DNA of 64,000 nucleotides from Naegleria gruberi (Eukaryota), in NCBI GenBank assembly GCA_000004985.1, contig GG738846.1. One strand, 5' to 3'. The position numbers were made by a program, and so were the translations under genes. Every line of letters begins with the position of its first letter. Within the stretch, counting starts at the first letter, position 1. Shown here in pieces: positions 44,519 through 55,600 of the stretch. A model generated the notes under the pieces. It did no database searches. It was not told where the DNA came from and saw only the letters and a program-made list of their open reading frames with translations.

Positions 44519-46309
44519 ATGGCCAACAAGAATAACAAGAAGGAAAAGACAATTGTTGAAAAGGTAGAAGAACAAGTTGTGGATGATGCTTCCAGTTCTT
44601 CTTCGGAAGAGGAAATTCCACAAGAAGAAATTGATGAAAAACAAATTATTGACAAGGTTGAATCTACACTCGAAGATGATCCATTGAACAGAATCAAAAA
44701 ATCAAATGATGAAGATTTGGATGATAAAGATAAATTCTTGAAGAGTTTCCTCTTTAAACAAGGATGGATTTTTGATTACGAAAAGAATGGTGATAGATAT
44801 AAACAACAAGCTCATGATTTGGACAAGGGAGATATGTTGGATGATCAATTTAATGAGTTAGATATTGAATCTCAAAGAATTAATTTAGAAAATTCAAAGA
44901 TTGGTACTAATCTTCCAGAAAAACAAGTTGAAGAAGATAATGAAGAAGAGGAAGAAGAGGAAGAAGAACCAAAAGAATCAGAAGAAATCAAAAATATTGA
45001 ACCCACCTCCACTTCTACACCATCAGAAAAAACTGAAAAATCTGACAGTGAATCCGAAAATAGTGAATCTGATGATGCTTCAAGTGATTCAGATGAAGAT
45101 TCTGACAGTTCTGATGATAAAAAAGAACACAAATCAGAACGTGAAAGAAAGGATTCTAAAAAGAAGAGAAAGAGAAAAGCCAAGAATGAAAAGATTAAAG
45201 AACAAATCGAGTCTGTAAAGAAGGAATATAACGAAAAGGCTGAAAAGATTAAAAAGGAAATTTTGGAACTCGTCTTTAAATTAAAGGATTTGATTAAGGG
45301 TGATGGATCAATTGTAGATAAATTAAAAATCTCAAAGAATGATGATGTCGATCAAGTTTGGGAATTAGTTGAAAAGAAAAAAGTTATTGAAGAATTTGCC
45401 AAGTCAGAAGCAGAAGAGGACGACGATGATTTTATGGAAGATGATGAAGGAGATGCTAATTTGGATAGTCCAATCAAAATTAAGAGAAAGATTAATAGAC
45501 TCTTTGAAAATTACTATGATTCATTCTTTGAGGATGTAAATGCAGCAACTGGTGACACTTACAAATTTAAATACAAGAATGTTGACAAGACTTCTTGCGG
45601 ATTATCAGTTGATGATATTCTCAATTTGGAAGATGATGATTTGGATAAAATTGTACCAATCAAACATTTGGTAAGATACGATTACAAGGAACCAGATAAC
45701 AAGATTAAAAAGGATATCCACTTCAAGTTGAAAGAAATTAAGACTGAAAAGGGATTGTTAAAAAAGAAAGATGAAAGAGCGCTCAGATTCAAGACTGGCA
45801 GCTTTACAGGAAGTGGTATCAAGGATAAGAAGAAGAATAATAATCAAAAAGATGAAACTGAAAAGAAAAATCCAAAGAGTAACAACAACAGACAAAACAA
45901 GAAGGATAGAAATGAAGGTGATTCCTCTGAGCAAACTAGGCAACACAACAACAAGCACGAAAAGAAGCCTCGACAAGATAAGAAGAGAAAGCAACAAGAA
46001 ACCTCTACTACACCTTCTGAAACCAAGGACTCAACCAAGCAACCAATGTTGAAGAAAAAGAAGGTTGACATTTCCAAATTCGCTGATAAAGATAGCTACA
46101 GTCAGGAGAAGGATTATGTACCAATGAAGAATACTAATGTTCCAAAGAAACCAAAGCAACAACCAATAGTGGAGAAGCCTGTAGTGGTGCCAATAAGTGA
46201 AGCAACTACTACTTCAGAGCAAAACCCAGACATGAAAAAGAAGAGAAAGAGAGGTAAGGGTGGTAAAAAGAAGGGTAATACAAATGCTGTTGAAACCTCA
46301 GAGGAATAA
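44519..46309 (+). CDS. Acidic/lysine-rich nucleolar-type protein, KRI1-like (ribosome biogenesis)
   Basis: N-terminal FLKSFLFKQGWIFDYEK, a long D/E/S and K-rich middle, and a C-terminal block YKFKYKNVDKTSCGLSVDDILNLEDDDLDKIVPIKHLVRYDYKEP that resembles the KRI1 C-terminal domain. The ATG is at 44519; the track ORF starts at an upstream TTG. Confidence 0.5.
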   Translation: MANKNNKKEKTIVEKVEEQVVDDASSSSSEEEIPQEEIDEKQIIDKVESTLEDDPLNRIKKSNDEDLDDKDKFLKSFLFKQGWIFDYEKNGDRYKQQAHDLDKGDMLDDQFNELDIESQRINLENSKIGTNLPEKQVEEDNEEEEEEEEEPKESEEIKNIEPTSTSTPSEKTEKSDSESENSESDDASSDSDEDSDSSDDKKEHKSERERKDSKKKRKRKAKNEKIKEQIESVKKEYNEKAEKIKKEILELVFKLKDLIKGDGSIVDKLKISKNDDVDQVWELVEKKKVIEEFAKSEAEEDDDDFMEDDEGDANLDSPIKIKRKINRLFENYYDSFFEDVNAATGDTYKFKYKNVDKTSCGLSVDDILNLEDDDLDKIVPIKHLVRYDYKEPDNKIKKDIHFKLKEIKTEKGLLKKKDERALRFKTGSFTGSGIKDKKKNNNQKDETEKKNPKSNNNRQNKKDRNEGDSSEQTRQHNNKHEKKPRQDKKRKQQETSTTPSETKDSTKQPMLKKKKVDISKFADKDSYSQEKDYVPMKNTNVPKKPKQQPIVEKPVVVPISEATTTSEQNPDMKKKRKRGKGGKKKGNTNAVETSEE

Positions 46310-46384
46310 ACGTGACATTATTTATTAATTATTTCAACACATGCATTTTTGATAATAAATTAGTTTATTTTGTACACTTTTTAT

Positions 46385-48532
46385 CTAAACATTAATGTGC
46401 TCCAGTAAATTACAGTCATAGTTGAACTGTTTTGTAGAGTTACCATTGTTGATTGTTAGGTGAATACTAGAGTCCACGCATGAAATATCAATATCATACC
46501 CTTCTTGGTGTATCGAGTTATTGCTTGATATTATTGTTTGCCTAATATTAAGAGATAAGGATTCAAACTCTTCCTTTTCATCTTCGTTCAATTTACATTT
46601 TGTGATATTGATAATTCTCTTTGGATTGGATTTAGATCTTAGTATTTTGATTTCCTTAACGAACAAGCTCATGAACTGTATCAGACTAGACATTGTAGGA
46701 ACAATGGTTGGAAGGTATGCATTATGATTATACTTCTTGACAACATTTACAATGTGACATTCAATCAATTTGAATAGATTATTCTCCACCTCATCATACC
46801 CCTTGCTAAGTACAAAGGCAGGAGGTGTAATGCTGATATTATTGATTGTAAAGTCTTTTGGATGAAACTTGATATTGACTCCAAGCTTTTTGGATTCGTA
46901 TGGGAAACTGAAATGCAATGTGGAGTGTTTTCTATCTACAGTAAAAGGTACAAACTTTGTCTTGAATAGGTTCAACAAGTTTGGATGAGAAATGAGTAAA
47001 TCTTGTGCAGAAATTGTAAATCTCTGTGTGGATCTTCTCTTTCTAAACTTGATTTCATTAGATGACTTTTCAGATGAAATGATAATACTTGAAGGCTTGA
47101 CTTCCCTAGTTGTTGTGGTGGTTGTTGGGATAACTCTATCTGATTTGATAGTTTGTGGTTGGACAATAATTTCTGTCTTTTTCTTTTCCATAATTTTCTT
47201 TTCGCGTTGTTGAGCCACTTCTGATTGCAGATTTTGAAGCAAGTATTCATAGTGTTGAATGTATTGATCAACATATTTGATTTGATCATCAAGTTTGAGG
47301 ATATCCTTATTCAGTAAATCCTGTTGAACGTTTTGTAATTCTGATTTGATTTTCAATTTTTCAATAGTGGCTCCAGTCTTTGCAGTTTGGATTGAATAAC
47401 GAACATTGTTCTGAATATCTAAATTCTTTGGTCTAGTCATGACACTTCTGATAATCTTTGGTTCATTATATTTGAAAGCATCTTCCTTATCTAAAATTTC
47501 CTTCTCCATTACCTCAATCTTTTTTCTAGTTTGTGTAACAACTTTTTGTAACGATTCATTAGATATCTTTGCTGTAGTGTATTTGGAAATGATCTCTTCA
47601 CTTGGCAAATTAATATTCAAGCTCTTTCTACTTTGTGGGATGATTGACTTTCTGTCAGTAATAGTTGTGAGGAATCTAATCGACAAATGTGACCAAAAAT
47701 CAGAAAGAGTGTACTTTGCATTCTCATCAACTTCATCTGCATCCATAAGAATACTATTAGAAAGGTTCTTGAAAATTGAGAAATAGTCTGGCATTACAAT
47801 GTCAGCATTCGATGTCATCAAAATACTGTTATTCTTGGTAGTAGGAACACTGGTGATACTATTAGCTGCAAAGGTGGATGATGCTGGTACTATTGCAAGT
47901 AAAGAATCATTGATTTGAGAATTGTTATTCGAAATTGGTTGAGAGATTGATCTATCCATTAATGAAAAATTAACATCACCATCCTCGTCATCGTCATCAT
48001 ATCCAAATAAGAAGGAGGCATCTGGTATTGCTGGAGCAGGAGTTGGATCATATTCTTCATGGTGCGTGGAGCTTACGGTTTGGGAAGAGGTCATTTGTAA
48101 CAAGTTGAAAGAGGGTTTGTGACTTGAAGGTTGTTTAGAGTTTTGGCCTCCATTAGAGGATGAGACAATAAGAGAGCTAGCAGTACTTGTGGATGGTTGA
48201 GATTTCTTCGTGGAATCGTCAATAATGGAGACATTTCCATTGATGATAGTGGTAAATTCCATTGTTTGATCTTCATAAACCATTCCATTATCATTTACAT
48301 AGTCAGTAAAATCCATTGTTACATTTTCATCATCACCATCAAATAAATTCTTGTTAAGCGATTTTTTTCTAAATTGTGTTGGACTTTTTGCAGGTTCAAA
48401 GACTTGCACTTCTGGATTTTTTGTTGAGAAGGATACACGTCTTATTCTCTTCTTGTCCTGCTTTATTGGAGGTGAGGAAAGATGAATGGAGGATGCTGTA
48501 AAGGTCTTGCGTGGGTTGCCCTTTCTTTTCAT
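46385..48532 (-). CDS. KNL1/Spc105/Spc7-like kinetochore scaffold protein, 715 aa
   Basis: N-terminal PP1-docking RRVSF motif (KRIRRVSFSTKNPEVQVF, compare human KNL1 RRVSFADTIKVF), MELT-like motifs (VTMDFTDYV, QTMEFTTII), and C-terminal coiled coils. Confidence 0.45.
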   Translation of the reverse strand: MKRKGNPRKTFTASSIHLSSPPIKQDKKRIRRVSFSTKNPEVQVFEPAKSPTQFRKKSLNKNLFDGDDENVTMDFTDYVNDNGMVYEDQTMEFTTIINGNVSIIDDSTKKSQPSTSTASSLIVSSSNGGQNSKQPSSHKPSFNLLQMTSSQTVSSTHHEEYDPTPAPAIPDASFLFGYDDDDEDGDVNFSLMDRSISQPISNNNSQINDSLLAIVPASSTFAANSITSVPTTKNNSILMTSNADIVMPDYFSIFKNLSNSILMDADEVDENAKYTLSDFWSHLSIRFLTTITDRKSIIPQSRKSLNINLPSEEIISKYTTAKISNESLQKVVTQTRKKIEVMEKEILDKEDAFKYNEPKIIRSVMTRPKNLDIQNNVRYSIQTAKTGATIEKLKIKSELQNVQQDLLNKDILKLDDQIKYVDQYIQHYEYLLQNLQSEVAQQREKKIMEKKKTEIIVQPQTIKSDRVIPTTTTTTREVKPSSIIISSEKSSNEIKFRKRRSTQRFTISAQDLLISHPNLLNLFKTKFVPFTVDRKHSTLHFSFPYESKKLGVNIKFHPKDFTINNISITPPAFVLSKGYDEVENNLFKLIECHIVNVVKKYNHNAYLPTIVPTMSSLIQFMSLFVKEIKILRSKSNPKRIINITKCKLNEDEKEEFESLSLNIRQTIISSNNSIHQEGYDIDISCVDSSIHLTINNGNSTKQFNYDCNLLEHINV

Positions 48533-48721
48533 TTTTTTGTTAAAATATTTGATAACAATTAGATTATTTTTGGATTTAAAAATTTGTGAAACGGCTTTTT
48601 TGGCGGGAAATTATCCCTCTCATTTTTCTACTATATTTAAAATTGTTAAAATTCTTAATTTGACTTGAAGATTGTTCTAATAAATTTTGTACAAAATTCT
48701 CAAATGATTGAGTAGATCGAT

Positions 48722-50013
48722 TTATTGAGTACCGCATTGAACGCCTTGTCCTCCACGACGTTCATATTCATCATCACTATCGTATTGGCTCTTGTGGTCA
48801 TTATTTTGAGAAAGGTCAGCTTCTTGCAAAAAGACTTCTTCTACATTGTCAGCTGATTCATCCATGACATCAGCAGCATTAGCCTTCTTACCCAAAATAG
48901 AGGAGAGTTGTTGGTGGAGCTTTTCTGGAATTTGTTCTGGGAATTCAACTTCAAATTCAATGTACAAGTTACCCTTTTGGAATGGGGATCTGTGGATTGG
49001 GAAACCTTCCTTAGCAATTTGCATAACCATACCTGGTTTAATAATTTGGTTTGGTTTCGATCGGACAATAAGAGTTCTACCATCCAAATGCTTTACGCTA
49101 AATTCAACACCTGTCAAGGCTTCCAACAAGTTAATCTTCTTCTTAATATGTAAATTATTTCCTTGTCTAGTGAAAACATGATGTGGCTTTTGTTGAACAA
49201 TAAATACAATATCACCTGGAAGAACGTCTGGTCTTTCGTCAGCTTCTCCTTCAAAAACGATTTGTTGTTGTTCCTTCATTCCAGGATCAATGTGAACTTC
49301 CAAAACTTTAACGTCATTAGTGACCTTATTTCCTTGACAATCTTTACAAATAAACTTCTTATCAATTGATTTACCAGTTCCTTCACAAACGTCACAAGGA
49401 GTGACAAATTGTTGAACAAATCCTGGTCCCATACTTCTAGTAACAACCTTTTTACCTTTACCTTGGCATGATTTACAAGTTACAACAGCGTCATCTTTAG
49501 TGGCACCAGAACCCTTACAAGAGGTACAGATACGAGTTCTAGTAACTCTAATCTTTCTAGTAGCACCATTGTATAAATCTTCCAAAGAAACTTGAATTTC
49601 GTGAGCAATAGTCTTACCCTTCTTTGGTCCGGATTGACGAGATCTACCACCTCCACCAAAGAATCCGAAACCGTCTTCACCAGCACCGAAAATGTGGCTG
49701 AAAATATCAGTTGGATCAGTAAATCCACCCATACCACCTCCTTTGAGACCTTCTTCACCATATTGGTCATAAATCTTTCTCTTTTGATCATCTGTAAGGA
49801 CTTCATAAGCATGGGCGATATCCTTAAAACGTTCTTCGTATTCTTCCTTCTTATCTTCTGGTGCTCTAATTTAAAATTTAATATTCAATAATCTATCAAT
49901 ACATACCTATCAGGGTGGTATTTGAGAGCAAGTTTCTTGTATGCGGAACGAATTTCTTGGGTACTGGCAGTTTTAGCAACACCTAAAAGTTCATAATAAT
50001 CAGAGCTTGACAT
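48722..50013 (-). CDS. Type I DnaJ/Hsp40 (Ydj1/DNAJA-like); 2 exons: complement(join(48722..49865,49907..50013))
   Basis: Exon 1 [35 protein letters not shown](R), then a 41-nt GTATGT...TTAG intron, then [38 protein letters not shown], a G/F region, four CxxCxGxG zinc-finger repeats, and a C-terminal domain. Confidence 0.85.
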
Positions 50014-50621
50014 TGTTTATATATATTCTCGTTGGTTATTTTTTTTGAAGAGGAAATTCGTGTGTTGTCCTATTGAATTGTATCACAAGCGCCAAAATGT
50101 ATTCCATCAGCCTTGGGTTATTTTTGTTAGTGTGATTACCTTCATTCCGAATGCACAAAGGAATTTTGTTTGGTTGAAGGAAATTTTGCACTCTTTATTT
50201 TTTGTAAGGATCATCCACTTTCCGTAGTATTCCGGAGTGAATGGCATGAACAACTTGAAGACAAATGTCCTTCTTGTTGTAGCAATCAAATTACTCTTAT
50301 TATAAATAATTATTAATAATAATTAAATAGAATAATTGCAAATATTTAACATCAATAATTATTGAGTTATTTATTAATTTAGAATTTTAGCAGCTTATTT
50401 TAGTTAACAAGTTTACTCCATCTATTATCACCAGTGTTAATATTCAAAATCAAATATTGAAACTAAAGGTGTAATGATAAAGTTATTGCTTTCGGAATAA
50501 AAAGAGACTTTACTTGAAGGAAACAAATTGATTGAGAGTCGATCCGTTATTATTAAAGCCTTCAACAAAGCAATTCCACCATTAAAAAAATATTGCAATA
50601 CATATTTTCAATAACATCACC
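50014..50621. promoter_or_regulatory. Shared divergent promoter region of DnaJ (minus) and Hsp10 (plus) with GAA/TTC heat-shock-element-like repeats
   Basis: The two chaperone genes sit head-to-head 608 bp apart. A repeated motif TGAAG(A)GGAAATT[C/T] occurs at ~50043 and ~50178. Imperfect nGAAnnTTCn arrays occur at ~50043-50058, ~50140-50150 and ~50226-50240. Confidence 0.3.
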
Positions 50622-50969
50622 ATGTCTTCCGTAAGTTTTCAAATTGCAATTTGTGATAATTAATTCCGGAATGTGTTTGAATTGATAAAACAGTCAATCC
50701 GTAAATTAATTCCACTCTTCGATAGAGTCATTGTCAAGAGAATCAAGGTTGAACAAGTTGCCCAAATTCAAGGTATCTATGTTCCAGAATCCACCAAGTC
50801 AAAGAACAATCCAGAAGCTGAAGTTATTGCTGTCGGTGATAAGGCTAGTTTGACTGTTGGTGATAGAGTTTTGCTTCCTGAATATGATGGTGCTAAAGTC
50901 AAGTTTGATGGTGACCAATTCGACGTTTACAGAGAAGATGAAATCATCGCAAAGGTCACACAAAAATAA
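50622..50969 (+). CDS. Hsp10/chaperonin 10 (mitochondrial GroES homolog); 2 exons: join(50622..50630,50694..50969)
   Basis: A 9-nt first exon MSS is followed by GTAAGT...AAAACAG (63 nt), then SIRKLIPLFDRVIVKRIKVEQ...IAVGDKASLTVGDRVLLPEYDGAKVKFDGDQFDVYREDEIIAKV. Confidence 0.85.
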
Positions 50970-50985
50970 ACAATTTTGAAGAGTT

Positions 50986-52401
50986 TTATTCCCATAATTC
51001 AATAGTTACAATTTCAATACTGTCATCATCTCCAAATTTACATCTTACATTGACAGCATCAATTCTAAATCCATACAATTTGTCATCTCTTTTCTTCCTC
51101 ATGTATACAGGTCTTGGATCACTTTGTAAAACTTGAATGATAGCTCTTTTGATTTCATCTATTGATTTGTAAAAGGAAAGTTTAGGTAACAAAGTTTGTA
51201 GTTCTATTTCTGATTGTTGTGAAAACTTGATTTTTGATTCATCAATTTTTTGAACAAATAAATCATCTTGAATCCATTCTGGAACTCTGGTTTCTGTAAT
51301 GCTATCGTATCTTCCAATGTATGGTTTAATATCTATAATTGGTGTGCCATCTATTAAATCAGCACCACTAAGATAAATATACTTTCCTTCAATCTTTTCA
51401 ATTTTGGCTACACTTAATCCAATACTATTAGGTCTATGAGGCGTTCTGGTAGCATAAATTCCAACCTTACCATTTCCATTCATACGAGGAGGTCTAATCT
51501 TTACCTTATCTTGGCTTTCCAATGAATTTTCATGAAAAACAAACATGATGATGCAATGACTGAAATTTTCCAATCCATCCAAAGCCATGTGACCTTGTGG
51601 TATTGTCACTTCTAATTTTCCTTTACTGGAATCGACAAGACCAAATTGTCTTGGACATCCATTCTTTGTGGGAAATACCGAATGAAAAATACCAATAGAT
51701 TTCATTGAAAAGGAATAGGTTTTTGTTTTGTTATCGTAACCAGAAATGACTTCATTGTGGAGAGATTTTCCCTCTTCTTTTGTTTCTTCTGTTATTGATG
51801 ATGAAGAGGAAGTTGATGGCTCTTTCACTTTGGAAGCGATTGTTTTACGATTGAGTTTTCCGGCATAGTGAGAAGGAATATAACCCATATAGACTTGATC
51901 ATTAGGTTGTTCCATGTTGTGGGACAATACAATATCTGAATCTTGATTGTTTTCATCCCCTTCTATATGAGAAATATCTCTTTTTACCCCTTTTTTCTCC
52001 TTTTTCTGTTTTGAAATACTTGTCCAAAGTGATGGTGCAATAATAACATGTCTCCATTCTCCTTTCTCAAATTCTTCAATAGAAAATAATTTTGTTCCCT
52101 TTTCCAAACATTTCAAAATAACATCATCATTACTTTCCAAATTATTTGGGATTTTTCCATATAATTTACAAGGTTTTTGGATAATATGGGATGGTTCAAT
52201 ATCGGAAATGCTCTTTTCAAATTCTTGAACACTATTTTCCTCCGATCCAAGTAGTACTTCTTGCTGTGAAGACTCTCTATCGAGAGAAATATATTTCATA
52301 GCAAGGGGATAATATTGACAAATGTTTTTTAAAAATTGCTTTTCGGAAGAGACATTTTTGAATTGTACTAGACGAAAGAGAGACTGTTTGGTTGTGTTCA
52401 T
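50986..52401 (-). CDS. TrmO/TsaA-family tRNA (m6t6A37) methyltransferase homolog with ~230-aa N-terminal extension
   Basis: TsaA-like core GCPRQFGLV...HCIIMFVFHE...GIYATRTPHRPNSIGLSVAKIEKIEGKYIYLSGADLIDGTPIIDIKPYI. Confidence 0.6.
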   Translation of the reverse strand: MNTTKQSLFRLVQFKNVSSEKQFLKNICQYYPLAMKYISLDRESSQQEVLLGSEENSVQEFEKSISDIEPSHIIQKPCKLYGKIPNNLESNDDVILKCLEKGTKLFSIEEFEKGEWRHVIIAPSLWTSISKQKKEKKGVKRDISHIEGDENNQDSDIVLSHNMEQPNDQVYMGYIPSHYAGKLNRKTIASKVKEPSTSSSSSITEETKEEGKSLHNEVISGYDNKTKTYSFSMKSIGIFHSVFPTKNGCPRQFGLVDSSKGKLEVTIPQGHMALDGLENFSHCIIMFVFHENSLESQDKVKIRPPRMNGNGKVGIYATRTPHRPNSIGLSVAKIEKIEGKYIYLSGADLIDGTPIIDIKPYIGRYDSITETRVPEWIQDDLFVQKIDESKIKFSQQSEIELQTLLPKLSFYKSIDEIKRAIIQVLQSDPRPVYMRKKRDDKLYGFRIDAVNVRCKFGDDDSIEIVTIELWE

Positions 52402-52638
52402 TTTTTTGAAGTGGTAATAAATTAAAACATTTATTTTCTAAAACAAATATTTAATAAAATTGTTTAAAACATTCATTTTGAATATTGGTTTAAATAAAAA
52501 TGTTAGAAATAATAGTTTAAAGTAATTTAAAATATAGATACTAATTAAGTCTAACGATTCAAAATTTAACTCAATATTAAAAAGGAAACTCCATGAAATT
52601 CTCTTTCTAAGTACTAGATAGAGTTATCATAGAGAATA

Positions 52639-55600
52639 TTACTTTTTGGATATTTCTTTTTCCAAATCTTCCAAAAACGCCTCACTCTTTTCCAATAAAT
52701 ATTGTAGACATTCTGCACTGGCTTGTTTCTTTGCCAATTTTATACTTGGACCTCTACCAGTGAAAGTCTTTTCGAATATTGTTATTGAAAAATCAGCTAC
52801 CATGTTGAAAGGTGGGTTGGGTTTTTTAGATTCTTCCATATACCATTTTTCAGATTTATCAAGTCTATTAAAGACGAATTGCTGTAACAATTCGTTCAAT
52901 ACAGATGAGGAATCTCTAGTAATATTTGTGGATATGAATGTAACGATTGGATTGTTTGGGTTTCCAACAATTTCCGTAACATTACTATTCATGGATACTT
53001 CATTTTCAGCTTCTGTGAATATTTCATCCATAAAATTTTTCCATAAAAATTCATCATAAATTAATTTAACAGTATCCAAATCGTAATGACTGTCAACAAA
53101 TAAGGCCCCTGCCAAACTTTCAAACACATCACTTAGCATTTTTACATATTCACCATCATCTTTCGAGTGAACAACTTGTTGGGCAATATGATTTCCACTA
53201 AAAATAATATAATTTTGAAGTTGATTTTCTATGCATAGATTGGCAAAATTCTTATTCATTACAATCTTCTCTCGAAGCTTGCTCATCATTCCTAGGGAGA
53301 AGCTAGAATTTTTGTGAAATTTTTCGAATATTTTGCTAGTTACTATCAAACCTAAAACAGAATCACCTAAAAATTCAAGTCTTTCATAATTGAATACTCC
53401 ATTGTATGATGGGTGAATAAATGCTTCAAGTAGTAATCCTGAATTTTCAAATTGAAAATTGAGTTTCTCTGTAAGCTTATATAAATCAATTTTCAATTTT
53501 TCAAAATGGTTTCTTAACAGTAATTTTTGATTCATAAAAATATCCTCTGAGCCACTTATTTCTCCTTTTGGTAATGATACTCCAACCAAACCCAAAAATC
53601 TATTAATTTGCTCTAGAGATCCACCGAATATATGATAGCAAAACCCAATAATGCTCTCAACAACATCAGCCAGTACCTTATATTCGGCTTCAATATTTGT
53701 TTCATCAGCAAATTTGTTTGATTTGAAACCACCAATATTTTGAACCAGTTGACTGGTATTTAATGGCTCTGTAATGATAAATAGAGGAAGGCGTGTATTT
53801 CGTGCAACAGAGGCTAGGAAATAGTTGCTGACAAACTTGTGTTGCAGTTGTGAAAGAGAACCAGAGCTATATAACGGAAATTCATGGTAGATGTGTTTGC
53901 TGACAATATATTTCAGTATGCTGTCTCCAAAAAATTCGAGTTTTTCATAGTTTGCTCCTACTTGAGATCGCTTTGCTGTAAGTGCCTCCTCCAACAACTC
54001 GAATGCTTCAAGGGTTTTACCATCTTCAAGTAATGTAGCATCAACTATTGGTTGGAAAAGCTCAAACTGTTTGGAAAATATTGATGTTATCAATCTATTG
54101 TAATATCTATACAAAAATTCTGGAGCTAGCTTTAAAAATCTAAGCATTTCAATAGTGAAGGAGCAAGCAGTTAAGAATTCTGGAACCAGAAAAATATTTT
54201 GATGTTCAACTTGTGTTGAACCCAAAGTAGAAAATCTTGGTTGATAGGCTCTTAATAATGGTTGTTGAGGCCTCTCAATTTCCAAACCCCATTTTTCCTT
54301 ATAATAAGTTTTGTAATCTGGGAAATCCTCTGTATCGAAATGGCTTTTTGGATTCTTGTCGAATTCAATGTTTTGAAGTAGATATACTCTATGGTTGTAA
54401 ATAGTTTCCAAAATCATATTTTTCAGTATATTTTCTGCCTCTTTACCATGGTGTTGAATAATATCCAAGACTGGAACATCTATAAAATGTTGTTGAGCTT
54501 GTTTGGGAATAATAAAAAATGTCCAATCTTGAAGGTTTCTTTGTTTTTGGTCTGGAAAGGAAATTTTCGCAACCTTGTTAAACATAAATTCATGGTATTC
54601 AAAACATTTCAAAATATAATCATTATCAACGGTTGTGGATTCCATTTTCTTAATTGTAATATGTCTACCACCATTCATTCGAAAGTTAAGAAGTCCCAAT
54701 TCTTCAAGATCAGAATCAATTTCATTAGGAATTATAAATTGAAAATCTGTAGCATTGTTGTCCAGAAATATATCATAAATATAAACACAATGGGAGGGAT
54801 TATCAGTTTGGATTGAGTTGAGTTTCTTTTCTCGCCAATTGAATATTTCAGGCATCTGAGGCAAAAGAGTGGCCATTGATGCTGGTGATGCAAATTCAGC
54901 TTCTGTAGAAGCAAACACGTATTTTGAGTATCTTGGAAAGAGACTATCATCCAACTCCTTGTACTTGTGAAGTAATTGGACAGCTTTGAAGGCGCAATAT
55001 CTTTTAGATACGAGTTTGTTGAGTCTGTACTGGGCAGGATCATCCTCATGATTATTAGAAATACTAAAAACAGGGACAGGGCAGTTAGTTGGAAAGGTTA
55101 TTTCTGTAACAAAAAAAGGACCATCGGCGTAGATTGAAAACTTTGGTTTTTTTTCATCTATTGATTGATTAGGAAAAACAGCACAGTATTGGTTATACAG
55201 CCTTATACTATTGTTAAGAGTAAGCTTTGCCTTGGAGGGTGTTTCATATATTAGGATATCTTCAATTTCTGAATTATTGGGAGTATCGTCGGATATTTGG
55301 GTCAACATTTTTTCTTGAAGTCTTTTACCATTTTTGCATAACTCTTGTTGAGTTAAATCCGTTGAATTGACCATCATTATAAATTTACTCTCCTGTTTTC
55401 TTGCTCTACCTCTACTTTGAATGTAGGCTCTCAAAAAATCTGTAAACTTGTCAAAACGAATTACCAGATTGCATGCAGGCACATCAAACCCTTCCTCTAC
55501 TACATTGGTGCAGAAAAGGCACTTGAGTTCTCCTGATCTGAATCTTTCTGTTTTACTCTTTTGTTCAAATCCTGTGTTTTTCTTAAATCCAAGTTTTGTC

